Below, in pieces: positions 13,178-27,178 of a DNA stretch of 64,000 bases. Source of the DNA: the human T2T-CHM13v2.0 reference genome, Homo sapiens; assembly GCF_009914755.1 (NCBI RefSeq), contig NC_060932.1; one strand, written 5' to 3'. Below the pieces are notes generated by a model, which saw only the letters and a list, made by a program, of their open reading frames with translations, made no database searches and was not told the origin of the DNA. Within the stretch, counting starts at the first letter, position 1; each line of letters starts with the position of its first letter. The position numbers were made by a program, and so were the translations under genes.

Positions 13178-14629
13178 ACAATGAGAACACTTGGACACAG
13201 GAAGGGGAATATCATGCACTGGGGCCTGTTGTGGGGCAGGGGGAGGGGGGGAGGGAAAGCATTAGGAGATATACCTAATGTAAATGACGACTTAATGGGT
13301 GCAGCACACCAACATGACACATGTATACATATGTAACAAACCTGCACGTTGTGCACATGTACCCTACAACTTAAAGTATAACAACAACAACAACAAAAAC
13401 AAAAACAACTAAAGACAACAAATTTGGAAGAAAAAGAAAAAAATAAGAAGTCAATGAGTTCTGATCTGAGTTATGCTTTCCTCTGGTTCAAAGTGCTTAA
13501 AGCAGTTAATTTCCTGTTAACCAGAGGTTATGATTTTAATGTCTCTATTTGGAACTATGCTCATATCTTTGTGCTTGGCAGAAGTCTACCAGCTGGACAA
13601 GTGGGACTTTATTATATAACAAAAGTAAAGTGTTAATTAGTCTTAGAAATAAAATACATAGATTTTATCATCTTATAAATATTCATCTTTAATAGCATAA
13701 TTCAAGGATTGCAGTTTTTGAGTACCTTCATAAGATCACGGTTAAAGAGATTACTAAACCACCAACACAAATGAGAAATGTACATGAAGGGTCTTCTGAG
13801 TAAATCTTTTCAAATGGTTAATATTTTAATTCTGATATTTTTGTATCTTTTGTTATTCATAATTCAATCAGAAAATATATGTACCTTTTAATTCTATAAT
13901 TTGGACTTTAAATTTCCTGCCTGCATATAAGTGGAATTTTTTTTGTTCTAGTAGTCCATAAAATAGAGATTATATTCCCCTTCTCTCACTTCTCTACGAA
14001 TATGTTAATGTACGCTATAATTTTTAGACAAAGCTAAACTGCTTAGACTGAAAATAAGTATATTTGAAAACTTACTGGTATTTTAAATAACCTTCAGTTA
14101 TAGATATAAAGCTTTTTCTTAACTGTATGAAAATGAGATTCAGATCTAAACTTGTATTAATAGGTGCAGTCCTTTATTATTATACTATGTAATTAAAAAT
14201 TTATTTAACCTTATAAATGAAATTCCCAAATAAACAGATATTTATGAAAAACTTTTCTCTGAAAACAAATATATTTTTATCTTTGATAATTTGCAAATAT
14301 AACAAAGTCCTTACTTGATCTCGTAAGAATGGTTTTTTTTGCTGTCCTTGTTCATAACTACAATATAGCAGTTTATATACATATCTAATTAATATATAGT
14401 ATTGGATGTAATATATTATTTTCACTATTATATATCCAATTTAGCAGCTAAATTTGATTATATTTAAACTTAAAGCTTCTCTTGCCAAAACCTAATGTAC
14501 AGTATTATGGCTATTATTCATGTTGTTTGAACAAATGTGTAATCTTGGTATGTATCTATTTTATTGTTTAAATTAATATCATCTTAAATGCAAAGCATAA
14601 TGCAAAGAAACCCAACTAATTGAATGATT

Positions 14630-15095
14630 TAATTAGTTTAGTTCAACTCACATTTTTGAGCTATGTCATGTAGCCTATACTGGGCTACAGTAAGAGATAG
14701 ATACATATGTTTTTATTACCCTCAGGTTGTTCATGGTCTAGGGAAGGAGAATGAAACATCAGAAATAACTGCAATTCCCCACAGTACGTGTCATGATAGA
14801 TGTGTGCCCATGGCTGCACATAGGGGTCCCATTTTGTCAAGACTGAGTGAGGGTTGCAGGGAGTGGAGATGCTCTCAAGTGAGTGTTAAAGGGTGGCAAA
14901 GACTGGAACAATTCATTCTGGTTTGTGTGGTGTGGGGAAAGGAAGGGAATGAATAAACAAGAATGAGTGAGAAACTTGGAGAAAAGACTGGAGGCAACAA
15001 ACAACTTGAGGTGTGCTGAGAATTGTAGGAGTTCCACGTTGCTGAAGCATCACTTTCATGGCTCTTGAATTTTTATTTCCGAATCTGGAAGGCCA
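14630..15095 (-). mobile_element. L2 fragment
   Basis: ttcaactcacatttttgagc...ccctcaggttgttcatggtctagggaaggaga resembles the reverse L2 3' end. Confidence 0.65.
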
Positions 15096-15099
15096 TATG

Positions 15100-15335
15100 G
15101 CAATTAAGCTTTGGAATCAGACAAACCTGTAATCAAATCATACTAGTTGTCTGACATATTCATGATCTGACTTGGGGCAAGCTATATATTTTTGCTAAGC
15201 CTCACTTGCCTCATCCATAAACAGGGATAAGAATTCCTGATTCCCAAGGTGATTGTGTGGATTAAAAGAGACAAAGTGATGTTTATGATGTGTTAAGACA
15301 GTGTCTAAAACACAATGGGTTCAAATAATAGTATC
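15100..15335 (+). mobile_element. MIR
   Basis: gctttggaatcagacaaacctg...ggggcaag...agcctcacttgcctcatc...gtggattaaa. Confidence 0.75.
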
Positions 15336-16037
15336 CTTGACCTTATTCATGTTAGTATTCTATATGGTTGATGCCTAAGTAGGGTATTTTAGGGTTCCTT
15401 AGAGGATCTTGATAGCAAGATCAAAATCATGATACTTGTATCATGTAAACCAGGATTTTTTCTCTTTCATGATTATGGCAGATATCCCTAAGCCTACCGG
15501 GTAAACATGTGATTTTTAACTTGAAAAAGACTGCAAGTTATTATTCTTGCTAGAAAAGAAAAGTAATGTTACCTACCTTTGTATTTTACTTTTTTAAGGC
15601 ACTTTCACATAAAACCTCTGAAAAATATGTGATAAAGTACCACTGAAATTAGTCCTATTTGGTACGTAGTAAACTAATCAAGTAAGATCAGTAAATTACT
15701 AAAAACCTACATATGTTGGCTCACTCTGAAGTCTCACTCTATGTACATCAATCATATCACCTTAGTACATGAGAAACTTAATATTATTTGGATTTACAAT
15801 TCTTGTTTGGCACTATGATGCTGCCAACATAAGGTAATATACATTATGCAAATTCATCCCATTATGTATAACAGATCACTGGTTTGTGGTGACTAAATTA
15901 TATTAAAGGTACATCACGTGCAGATATGCCCACCAATGCTAACAGACAAACACAAGCAACAGCAGCTAAAAGATTAGAAAACAAGCAAGTTTCATTTGTG
16001 TTTGCTTTAAAGTAGCAGCCTGTCTTTAATTTCCACT

Positions 16038-16230
16038 ACAACAAATATTTATGGAGCTCCTGTTTTATGTAAGACACTATACTAAGTAGCAATGGGACAT
16101 ACAAATATGATTGTCAGTCTTAAGCAACAGAGAGATGTTACGGATTTAGACAGGAAAACAAATAACTATACAAGCTATATACAATTTATACAGCTTTACA
16201 GCTATATAAAAATGCTGTAAAGCTAACGCT
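16038..16230 (-). mobile_element. L2 3'-end fragment
   Basis: caacaaatatttatggagctcc...tatgtaagacactatactaag. Confidence 0.55.
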
Positions 16231-17715
16231 ATAGCATGGAAAAACCAGAAACCTAGGAAAAGTAGAGTTGTTTTTGAAGAAGAGAGAACAGACATACATG
16301 AAACCTACCCACAAACAAGCAGAAAACAGTATTTGCATTATTGAAGATATATCCACTCATATGCATCAATTGACACAAATACAATGCTGAGACAATTTCC
16401 CTGGGACAATAGTAATTATTTTTAAAACGCACCACATTTTACACTCTATTACCAGTCTCACTGAACCTTAATTGGCAGTCTAGTGGTAACTCAGCAAGCT
16501 ACTTAGAGGCTGAGATTGTTCCAAGGTTAAAGAGTCAGAATCTCCAGGTGCTGAGATTGTCTCAGGAAATAATTCTAGATCCAATTAACTTCCAGATGTA
16601 AGGCACTCATGTGTATTTGTTCTAAATTTCTAAGTAAAATTGTTTATAATGTTTGACCTTTTTCCATCGGTGAAGTGGCCCCAACAAGACCGGGAGATTA
16701 TGATATAATCCCCACTTGGGCTATTTAATGTCACAAAGTATCAAAGAAGGAAAAAATTCGAAACCCTGGCTAGCCCTTGTGGTTAATGTACTTTTGAGTT
16801 CTTATCCAGCCCCACTGCCCAAACAATATGTTTCCCTGTGTTTGAGTAAGTGCATCTAAAATAATGCCCTGGAATCATCAGCAAGACAATTAGCAGTAGT
16901 TTCTGTTTTTCAAGTCCTGCAGAAAATGTCAGGGAAGATATGAAGGTGTGGGTTCTTTAAAATTCAGTGCCTTTCCTAGACTTTGGATCCATGGAGTTGG
17001 AAATATTTTATTCTTTCAGTTTTTCTGCAGATACTTGTTGAATTAGACACAGCACATACATAAAACATACACAAGTCCCAAGGGCAGATGTTGACTCTCA
17101 AAAACAGTAATTTCTAAACAGGATTTCATCCCATCAAGAGGCAAAGAAACACTTTCCTAGCTATCCCTTAATTTGCAAAGTGGTATTTTTCATTGTGATA
17201 ATTCCGCATGAGGATATGAATGAATACTGTGTTCAGATTTCTTCTCCAATTCTTTCCAACTTTGCCTTGTAAAGCCTGCGAGGCATAAGAAGCATCTTCA
17301 TTGTGCTAAGCTACATACATGATGATTCTTGCTTTCTTAACTCCACATAGACCCAGTTGAAATGTTGAGTTTTAGGCTTTGGAGCATCTAATCAAATTCA
17401 TAAACAGAACCACCTTCCTCCCTGTCTTAGAGTTGTAGAATGGTGTTATTCGTTTGGTTACTCCTTCATTCGTTGGCTTTCCTTCTATTATTGCCTTCCA
17501 ATTTTTTCTAACCTATGACGTTATGATATAGTTCCCAATGCACTTAGAGTCAGTCTACTCTGTTTTGTCATGTAACTGTCCACTTATCTGCACTGCAGGC
17601 CTATTGCTTTGTGTATGTTAGTCTTGTTCTCTTAACCGAACAAAGCAATATTTAAAGACAGGAACTGAAATTAATACTTTTAGAATTCCGCAGAGCATCT
17701 AGGAGCATCAGCACC

Positions 17716-17900
17716 TAGTGCTGCCCAATAAAGCTTTCTCTGATGATGGAAATGTCCTCTATCTCCATGGTCCAATACTACAGCCTCTAGTCACGTATGA
17801 CTACTGAGCACTTGAAATGGGGCTAGGTCAACTGAGGAATTTTAGTTTTATTCCATTTGAATAGCTCCATGTAATTAGTAGCTAAAATAGTGCCCAGTTC
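17716..17900. mobile_element. MER3 (hAT-Charlie MITE), apparently inside an L2 3' end (about 17590-17940)
   Basis: gctgcccaata...tgatggaaatgtcctctatct...ctactgagcacttgaaatggggctag...actgaggaa. Confidence 0.8.
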
Positions 17901-18036
17901 AAATTGAATACATAGTAAGTGCTCCCTGAACACTGGCCAATGAACACATAGATTTTTAGGCTACTTCCATTTTTATGCACAGAATGTTGACTCCCATTTG
18001 AAATTTTAGTGGAAATGTGGGGGTAATACTTTATCA

Positions 18037-18127
18037 AGAAAAGGAAGGGAGGGAGGGAAGAAGGGAAGGAGGGAAGGAGGGAGGGAGGGAGAAGGAAGGA
18101 AGGGAGGGAGGGAGGGGGGGAAAGAAA
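18037..18127 (+). repeat. Polypurine (GGAA/GGAG)n simple repeat
   Basis: About 90 bp of G/A only. Confidence 0.95.
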
Positions 18128-19154
18128 CTGGAATGAGATGTTTTAGAGAAAGTACCTTAACAGATGCTCTTGAAAATCAATTCATATTGGTAGTTACTCT
18201 GTCCACTTAGAGCTTGACGTAGCTGTCTTATAATCATGTTTCAAAGACTTCTTAGTGGAGCTCAAAATTTTAAGTGTATCTCACACTGATCATGGTGAAG
18301 CTGTTATCAGCCATTTGAGGACAAATAATTTCATTCCAGAGTGTCCAATCAAATTTAATCAACTGGAATCAAAAAGCATTCATGAACATTTTCACCAAAT
18401 GTGTACCTGAATTGACTCAGAATTTTATCGTGTTCCTCTGAAACTTATGTGTTGGCATTTTTTGACCAGAATTTTAGTGTATCAACTCATTAATTTTCTT
18501 CATAAAATATTGATGGGATTTTAAATACATTGAGTTTTTTTTTTTGGTAAATATTACCATACCCCTTGAGATTCATGTAATGTTGTAGAAAGTACATGAG
18601 CTAGCTAGAGGGAGATATTTGTTCTAATTCTGTCCCTGTGATGCAACTCTCAATAGAGGAGGATGGACATCATCTATAATTTTCATATTATATTCAGAAG
18701 AATGTGTAAGAATATTTAATTTAATTTTCATAAATACAAAAGCTGACATGCTTAAAACTGTTATCTATCATCCTCCACATCAAATGTGTCTTCACTCAAA
18801 CAGGCTCATTATGCTTATTATCTGTCTTCACAAAAAGAAAATGTTAACAATTTGAATTTACAAATGAATGTATATTAAAGAAATATCATCTGTAACTATT
18901 TTAGATAAAGGTTATTATTATATTTCATTTGGACACTTGTTCCATTGCTAAAAAATCTTTGACAACCATTGGCCTGTAAGATACTTTGAGTTGATCATTC
19001 TTTATAACATGTTTCCTTCCTTTGAGCTGGTGCCCTGTTCCATCCCGTGCACCTTAGGAACTTCAGGCCTGAATTTATGATTTCTGAAAGCACTTTTTGG
19101 CCACAGAAATTGCTTGACTTTCTCTTATCCTCTTCATCTCTCCTCTGCATTTTT

Positions 19155-19330
19155 AAGGTATCTTTGGTTATAAGAGATAAAAACCTGTCAAATTAAGCAA
19201 GAAAAAAAGGAAACTTTTGAAATGATGCTACAGTATGTAACTAAATGATCAAATTTCAGGAAGGCCAATAATGCAGACAGACTTAGGGACAACTGGATCC
19301 AGGTACTGAATGCCACTAGGGAGTCCCTGG
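19155..19330. mobile_element. Possible old MLT1 (MaLR) LTR fragment; possible second part near 20500-20620
   Basis: ttggttataagagataaaaacc...ttaagcaagaaaaa...ctggatccaggtactgaatg and ccagcttgggtcagg resemble MLT1K/L. Confidence 0.4.
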
Positions 19331-19534
19331 CAATTATAACCACTCAGTATATATTTATCACATGACTGAATGAGCCCTTCATCTCTCCCTTTGCTCAGTG
19401 GCTTAATTTGCCTCTTTCCCTATTGTGCAGCTTCCTTGATACTGAAAATGCAATTACTGATGTCTGTTGGATTCTATTAATCAGTTATTTTTCACTCTTA
19501 TATCCACTACCATAACTGATCCTTCTTACACATC

Positions 19535-19705
19535 TACAGAAAGAAGATATGGCCAATGAGATTGCCCTGTTTTATACATTGACACACTGATTGCATAACT
19601 GATTATAAACTGGAACACTGGCTGAATAACCACCATGTTAAATGATATATCCAAAATTAGATCCTGGGTCTTCTGACTGCTATTCAAGTTTCCTTTCCAC
19701 AGAAT
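19535..19705 (-). mobile_element. Diverged MIR
   Basis: Reverse reads gtggaaagg...agtcagaagacccaggatcta, like the MIR 5' part. Confidence 0.5.
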
Positions 19706-20684
19706 GTCTCTATATTGCAATGTAATTTAGATTGAAGATTTTCCTCTCCACGTTGTCCACCCTCTAATACTACAGGGAGCTGTGGTCTACTTAGGAGGTA
19801 CAGAGTACTCTAGTGTAAGGCAGTTTTTTTTTTTTTTCCTACTCTCAGGTCTTTAATAGTGCTACTGAAATAGCACTATTAGTTATTGGGGATTGGAGCA
19901 AGAATCGTAACATGAAAGAAGGAGAGTTAACATAGATGGTGTAGATTCCTGTTTCCCAACTCCCACAACTTTGCACTCAAAATTATGATGCACTCAGCCC
20001 AGCGAATCCTACAGATAGTCTGTCTGATGTACGAGTTCAATTGCATTCCTCCAGGTACACAGTTTGTTACCTAATTTGATTTGCACAAAGAAGCTTCCTT
20101 CATGCTGTGTTCCTGCAAGTTCAGAGGAGATAATTTTTAACTATGGACTAGAACAAGTACAGGTTCAGGTAATACACACACAAAAAATTGCATCCTTTAG
20201 ATGTCATGTCTGGAGGTGCGATTATGGGGGTCAATCATATCTGAGTTAGATGAGGAACTGAAGTACAAAGGAGTGGTACAAAAAGATCTCAGACCTCAAT
20301 TACACCTAGAAAACCATGATCTCTGAATCCTTATCATGTATGCAGGAGAGAATACCCTAGAAAGCATGTTTCTGACCATCAGGCCAGGTTTACAGCTTAA
20401 GAGGGTGAATGTTTCCTCTCAATCCAACTCTTGTTTGCCCTCAAGTTTTGGAATTTCATATATCATATATTCAGCCTCCTTGGAGGCATTAGCTTGACTC
20501 TTTGGTCATACAATGCTAACTTCTGCAGAAGGATCCTAGAGGTCCAGCTTGGGTCAGGAACTTACTCTTCAGCTAGTCATCTCTGTCAAAAGATGACATA
20601 ATGTATTTGACTTAATATGGATAAGATGCTAATATTTTGTCCAACCCGTTGAGGCAAGGGGAACAAGGTTAAATAACAATATGT

Positions 20685-20790
20685 TGAATATATGCCTCTT
20701 TCCTCAAGCTTGAGCCCTTTCAGGGTAAAGACTATGTTCTATTCCCTGTACACAGTAGGTGTCAAATGAAATGTTATGACTTGATTGTTA
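20685..20790 (+). mobile_element. L2 3' terminal fragment
   Basis: gagccctttcagggtaaagactatgt...acacagtaggtgtcaaatgaaatgtt. Confidence 0.5.
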
Positions 20791-21415
20791 AGTTGTACAT
20801 TTTGCATTTTGGTTAGTATTTCAGCAAATATAAGAGTTTATTATTCAGTTTCACATTTATTTCAAAGGTAGAAGACCTCACAATGATTTCTATTTGTATC
20901 CAAGTTAAGGCTGAACCCCCATCACACTCTCTAAAGAATATGTACCATGGCTTACTTGTGTAGTTATGCTCCCTGATGCTATAATTTTAATTGCATCTCC
21001 CCAGGAGCCCAGTTTGACATTCAATTTGATTTGTACATAGAAGCTTCCCTAAGGGAAGCAACTTTAATGAATTTTAAAATCTATCTTTCTAGTCTAGTCG
21101 ATGGAACAATTTTTTCTTCTAGCAAAGAGAACTTTTAAATTTTTTTTAGAAAATGCCTTACTCTGCTTATATTTTCTTTACTAATTCATATATGTTATGT
21201 ATTAATTCTGAGAAAGATCTGTTGATTATTTTCAATATGTGTTTATGAATGTGTGATTTGTCATATTAATACTTTTATATTTGTTGGTTTTTTTTCCATG
21301 TGCTCTTACCCTTCTCTTTAAAAAGCATGATGTTTATAGGTAAGAGAGTAGTCATTGTGTGAGAAGGCAATCCAATGAAAATCACAACTGCCAAATGAAA
21401 TTCAGTTCTTTCTAA

Positions 21416-22478
<1,063 letters not shown>

Positions 22479-23004
22479 TCTGTACTTGTACCCCCTAAAT
22501 CTATAAATAAATAAATAAATAAATATTTTAAATAACAACAACAAAAAAAAAAGAAGTCAAAAGTGGTACATTTTAAGGATTATATCTTTCATTTCCTATT
22601 TAGGATGATTCAAGAAATAGTTCTTGTTGTTGCTGTTATTTTTCCCCAGACAATCTACGTGTCATTTTGAACTAAAATCCTACCCTTCCAGTTTGGTGTT
22701 ATTTGGCAGCGTTGCAGATGAAAATCAAGCATTCTGTTAATTTGTATAATTCACCAGGTTTTACTCTTGTGACTGAATAGGGACCTGTAAACTGCGAACA
22801 AGAAATTGTCCATGGATTTAAAACTACACTTATGAGTGAGGTTTTTAAAAAGGGTTACCTTTCTAGGTGAAATTAACAGTAGGCCAATGTAAAATGATGA
22901 GATTATTTCTCTGCAATGATGGTTAACCCCTTTATAAAATTAACTATGTACCTGTATTATAATTTATGTACTTTTTCACTTGCTCTTATGACAAACATAG
23001 AGCA

Positions 23005-23150
23005 GCTAATCTTTTTGTGCTTCAGTTTCCTCATCTTTAAAGTAATAGTAGTAACAACTTCATAGGATTGCTCTGAAGATTAAATTAATTATACAATATG
23101 ATGTTCTTAGAGTAACCCCTAGCAAGTGCTCAGAAGTATTTGCCATTCTT
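23005..23150 (+). mobile_element. MIR 3' half
   Basis: gcttcagtttcctcatct...acttcataggattgctctgaagattaaa. Confidence 0.75.
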
Positions 23151-23356
23151 ACTGGACTTTAGGGAAAAAAATGTCATTAGATTTCCACCACTATTCAGAA
23201 TAAGAACAATAAGTCTAATGATTGCTACTGACCATATAAAAATTTGTATAGAGTGATGACAAGCCATTACAATCCCGTAACTTGATAATAATTTTTCTTA
23301 AGTACATTAGCCTTTAATTCTATGCCCACCAAGCAATGTTTGAGAGTTGCCACATT

Positions 23357-23463
23357 TTGGGAAATTCACAAATACTCATATGTGGAAATAAAACTGCATA
23401 CTTCTGAACAACCAATGAGTCAATGAAGAAATTAAAAGGTAAAAGAAAAATATCTTGAGACAA
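23357..23463 (+). mobile_element. Old L1M ORF2 fragment (continues at about 26347-26395)
   Basis: aacaaccaatgagtcaatgaagaaattaaaagg...tcttgagacaa | atgaaaatagacaacatatcaaacctta. Confidence 0.75.
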
Positions 23464-24127
23464 TACCTAGTTTGTTAAGTTTTTAACATGAGGAGATGCT
23501 GAATTTTATCAAAAGCCTTTTCTGCATCTACTGAGATAATCATATTGTTTCTGTCTTTAGTTCTGTATACAGAAATAAATGAATTATATTTATGTATACA
23601 GAAATAAATGAATCACATTTATTGATTTGCTTGTGTTAAATCAGCCTTGCATCCAAGAGATAAAGTCTACTTGATCGTGATGAATTAGCTTTTTGATGTG
23701 CTACTGGATTCAGTTTGCAAGTATTTTGTTGAGGATTTTTGCATCATTTCATCAAGGATGTTGGCCTGAAGTTTTCTTTTTTTGTTGTGTCTCTGCCAAG
23801 TCTTGGTATCAGAATGATGCTTGCCTCATAGACTGAGTTGGGGAGAAGTCACTCCCTCCTCAATTGTTTGGAACAGTTTCAGCAGGAATGGTACCAGCTC
23901 TTCTTTGTATATCTGGTAGAATTCAGCTGTGAATCCTTCTGGTCCTGGGCTTCTTCTGGTTGGTAGGCTATTTATTACTGATTCAATTTCAGAGCTTGTT
24001 ATTGGTCTGTTCAGGGAATCAATTTCTTCCTGGTTCAGTCTTGGGAGATTTTATGTATCCAGAAATGTATTCATTTCTTTTAGGTTTTCTAGTTTGTGTG
24101 CATAGAGGTTTTTGTAGTAGTCTCTGA
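23464..24127 (-). mobile_element. Inverted 5' segment of a twin-primed L1PA13-16-like insertion
   Basis: Antisense ORF2 RT sequence, contiguous in L1 coordinates with the sense segment starting near 24128. Confidence 0.9.
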
Positions 24128-26310
24128 CTAGATTTTGAAGAAACATACCTCAAAATGATAAAAGCCACCCATCACAAACCCACAGTTAACATCATCTGAA
24201 TGGACAAAAGCTGGAAGCACTCCCCTTGAAAATCAGCACAAGACAAGTATGCCCTCTCTCACCACTCCTATTCAAAATAGTATTGGAAGTCCTGGCCAGA
24301 GCAACCAAGTGAGAGAAAGAAATAAAGGGCATACAAATATTAGAAGAGGAAGTCAAACTATTCCTGTTTGCAGATGACACTATTCTATGTCTTGAAAACC
24401 CCACAGTCTCTGCTCAAAAGCAACTTCAGAAAAGTCTCAGAATACAAAATCAGTGTAAAAAATACTAGCATTGCTACACATCAACAACAGCCAAGCCGAG
24501 AGCCAATCAGGAATGCAATCTGATCACAACTGCCACAAAAAGAAGAAAGTACCTGGAATTACAGCTAACCAGGGAGGTAAAATATCTCTACAATAAGAAT
24601 TAGAAAACACTGCTCAAAGAAATCAGAGATGATACAAACAAATGGAAAAACATTACATGCTCATGGATAGGAAGAATTAATATTGTTAAAATGGCCATAC
24701 TGCCCAAAGAAATTTACGGATTCAACACTATTCCTATCAAACTATCAATGACATTCTTCACAGAATTGGAAAAAACTATTTTAAAATTCATATGGAACCA
24801 AAAAAGAGACTGAATAGCCAAGGCAATCCTAAGCAAAATGAACAAAGCTGGAGGCATCACATTACCAAACTTCAAACTATACTACAGAGCTACAGTAACC
24901 AAAACAGCATGGTACTGGTACAAAAAACAGATACATAGACCAACAGAACAGGATACAGAGCCCAGAAGTAGCCCCCTACACCTACAATTATCTGATCTTC
25001 AACAAAGCTGACAAAAACAAACAATGGGGAAAGAACTCCCTTTTAAATAAATGGTGCTGGGTAAAGTGACTAGCCATACACAGAAGACTGAAACTGTACC
25101 CATTCCTTACATCATATATAAAAATCAACTCAAGATGGATTAAAGACTTAAATGTAAAACCCAAAGCTATAAAATCCCTGGAAGACAACTTAGCCAATAC
25201 CATTCTATACATTGGAACTGGCAGAGATTTCATAATAAAGATGGCGAAAGCAATTGCAACAAAAGCAAAACTTGACAAATGGGATCTAATTAAATTTTAA
25301 GAGCTTCTGTACAGGAAAAGAAACTATCAACAGAGTACATAGACAACCCACAGAATGGGAGAAAATTTTTGCACATTTTGCATCTGAAAAAGGTCTACTA
25401 TCCAACAACTATAAGGAAGTTAAACAAACTTACAAGAAAAAAACAACCCCATTAAAAAGTGGACAAAGGACATGAACAGATACTTTTCAAAAAACACTTA
25501 CATGTGGCCAAGAAGCGTGTGAAAAATAGCTCAATATCAATGATTATTAGATAAATGCAAATTAAAACCCAAAGAAATATCACCTCACACCAGTAAGAAT
25601 GACTATTATTAAAAAGTCAAAGAAATAACAGATGCTGGAGAGGTTGTGGAGAAAAGCGAATGTTTATACACTGTTGGTGAGAGTGTAAATTAGTTCAACC
25701 ATTGTGGAAAAGCAGTGTGGCAATTCCTCAAAGAGCTAAAAACAGAACTACCGTTTGACCCAGCAATCCTATTACTGGGTATATTCCCTATTACTGGGAA
25801 TATAAATCATTCTATTATAAAGACATATGCATGTTTGTGTTCATCACAGCACTATTCACGATAGCAAAGACATAGAATCAACCTTAATGCCCATTCGTGA
25901 TAGACTGGAGAAAGAAAACGTGGTACATATATACCATGCGATACTGTGCAGCCATAACAAAGAATGAGATCATGTCCTTTGCAGGATCATGGATGGAGTT
26001 GGAGGCCATTATCCTTAGCAAACTAACCCAAGAACAGAAAACCAAACACTGAATTTTCTTATTTATAAGTCGAAGCTAAATGATGAGAAAACATGGACAG
26101 AAAGAGGGGAATAACAAACACTGGAGCCTATCAGAGAGTGGAGGTTGGGAGGAACAGAAAAAAATAATTATTTAGTACTAGGCTTAGCACCTGGGTGATG
26201 AAATAATCTGTACAACAAACCCGTGACATGAATTTACCTATATAACAAACCTGCACATGTACGTACCCCTGAACCGATAATAAAAGTTTTAAATAATAAC
26301 AATAACAAAT
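24128..26310 (+). mobile_element. L1PA15-like ORF2 3' half and 3'UTR
   Basis: ctgtttgcagatgac (LFADD); 3'UTR ctgggtgatgaaataatctgtacaacaaacc; TSD aaaaa(t)atcttgagacaa at 23446-23463 and 26347-26363. Confidence 0.92.
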
Positions 26311-26394
26311 ACGTTTTATAAACAATATATTGCTATTTTAGAATTTAAAAAATCTTGAGACAAATGAAAATAGACAACATATCAAACCTTATAG

Positions 26395-26496
26395 GCAGCA
26401 CAACTCTAAATACATCATTTACATCATAGTCTACGTGAATAAAGTCTGTGTGGATTGTGCAATGAACAACCTGCACACCCGTGTGTGGCAGCCCTG
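26395..26496. mobile_element. MER91-like hAT-Tip100 MITE (partial)
   Basis: gcacaactc...tttacatcatagtctacgtgaat...ttgtgcaatgaacaacctgcac...ggcagccctg. Confidence 0.7.
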
Positions 26497-26947
26497 AGTC
26501 TCATGCACTCATTTGGAACTCACCCAAAGGTAGAATAACTACTGGGACTTTCTGGTTAATGAGTTTGATTAATGTGATTCAGTCCTCCAAATTCTTACCA
26601 TTTCTAAATGAGCTGATGAGATAAAGTTACTAAATTTTAAAATGTGAGCAAAGAATTGTTATTTCTTAGTGACTCCACTGAATGAATAATAATACTCTGA
26701 GGCCCAGACTGAACATCAAGTCTGGTTCTCACTCTTCATCATTAAAAATGATTTTATTATTATTTTCACAAAGTTATTAGCAAACTTTTACTGAGCCCCA
26801 CCTATGTACACTCACTGGCTTAGGCCAGGTCTTGGGTTGATGGGCATAGAAAACAAATGTGGAACTTACTGTCTTAAGTGTCATCATCCTTGGTTAAACA
26901 CATATAACAGAGACTGTGTCTAAGTGGGGCAGGTAACTGCTACCCCT

Positions 26948-27178
26948 CCAATGTCTCTTAATGGGGACTCTATGGAATCTGGGGTGAGATGATTCTTCAC
27001 CATATAAGAATGTTCCACATGCAGGGATAGGATCCCTAGCCTTCTGACTGTAAGTTCAAGTAGCAAGCCTAGTAATGGAGACAACTAGAGTGCCCCTAAT
27101 GATTTTCCAAACATTCCAGTTGGGAGGGGAATGGTACCATTTTCCTTGAGCCCTCATCCTCTACCCACTGAGAACTTA
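26948..27178 (+). mobile_element. MER117/MER20-like hAT-Charlie MITE
   Basis: gattcttcacc...atccctagcc...agtagc...gacaact...tttccaaac...tgagaac, colinear with recalled consensus. Confidence 0.6.

Larger units (their letters stand above)
8822..13445 (+). mobile_element. L1PA4/5-like LINE-1 with both ends, internally deleted, LTR17 in 5'UTR
   Basis: 5' start gggggcggttccaaaatgg; retains the ~129-bp 5'UTR segment (about 10385-10513) lost in younger L1s; 18-bp TSD agaagtcaatg(g/a)gttctg at 8800-8817 and 13446-13463. Confidence 0.97.

Noticed and set aside
13231-13256. G-quadruplex motif (also near 22281-22303)
   Set aside because: Standard feature of the L1PA 3'UTR
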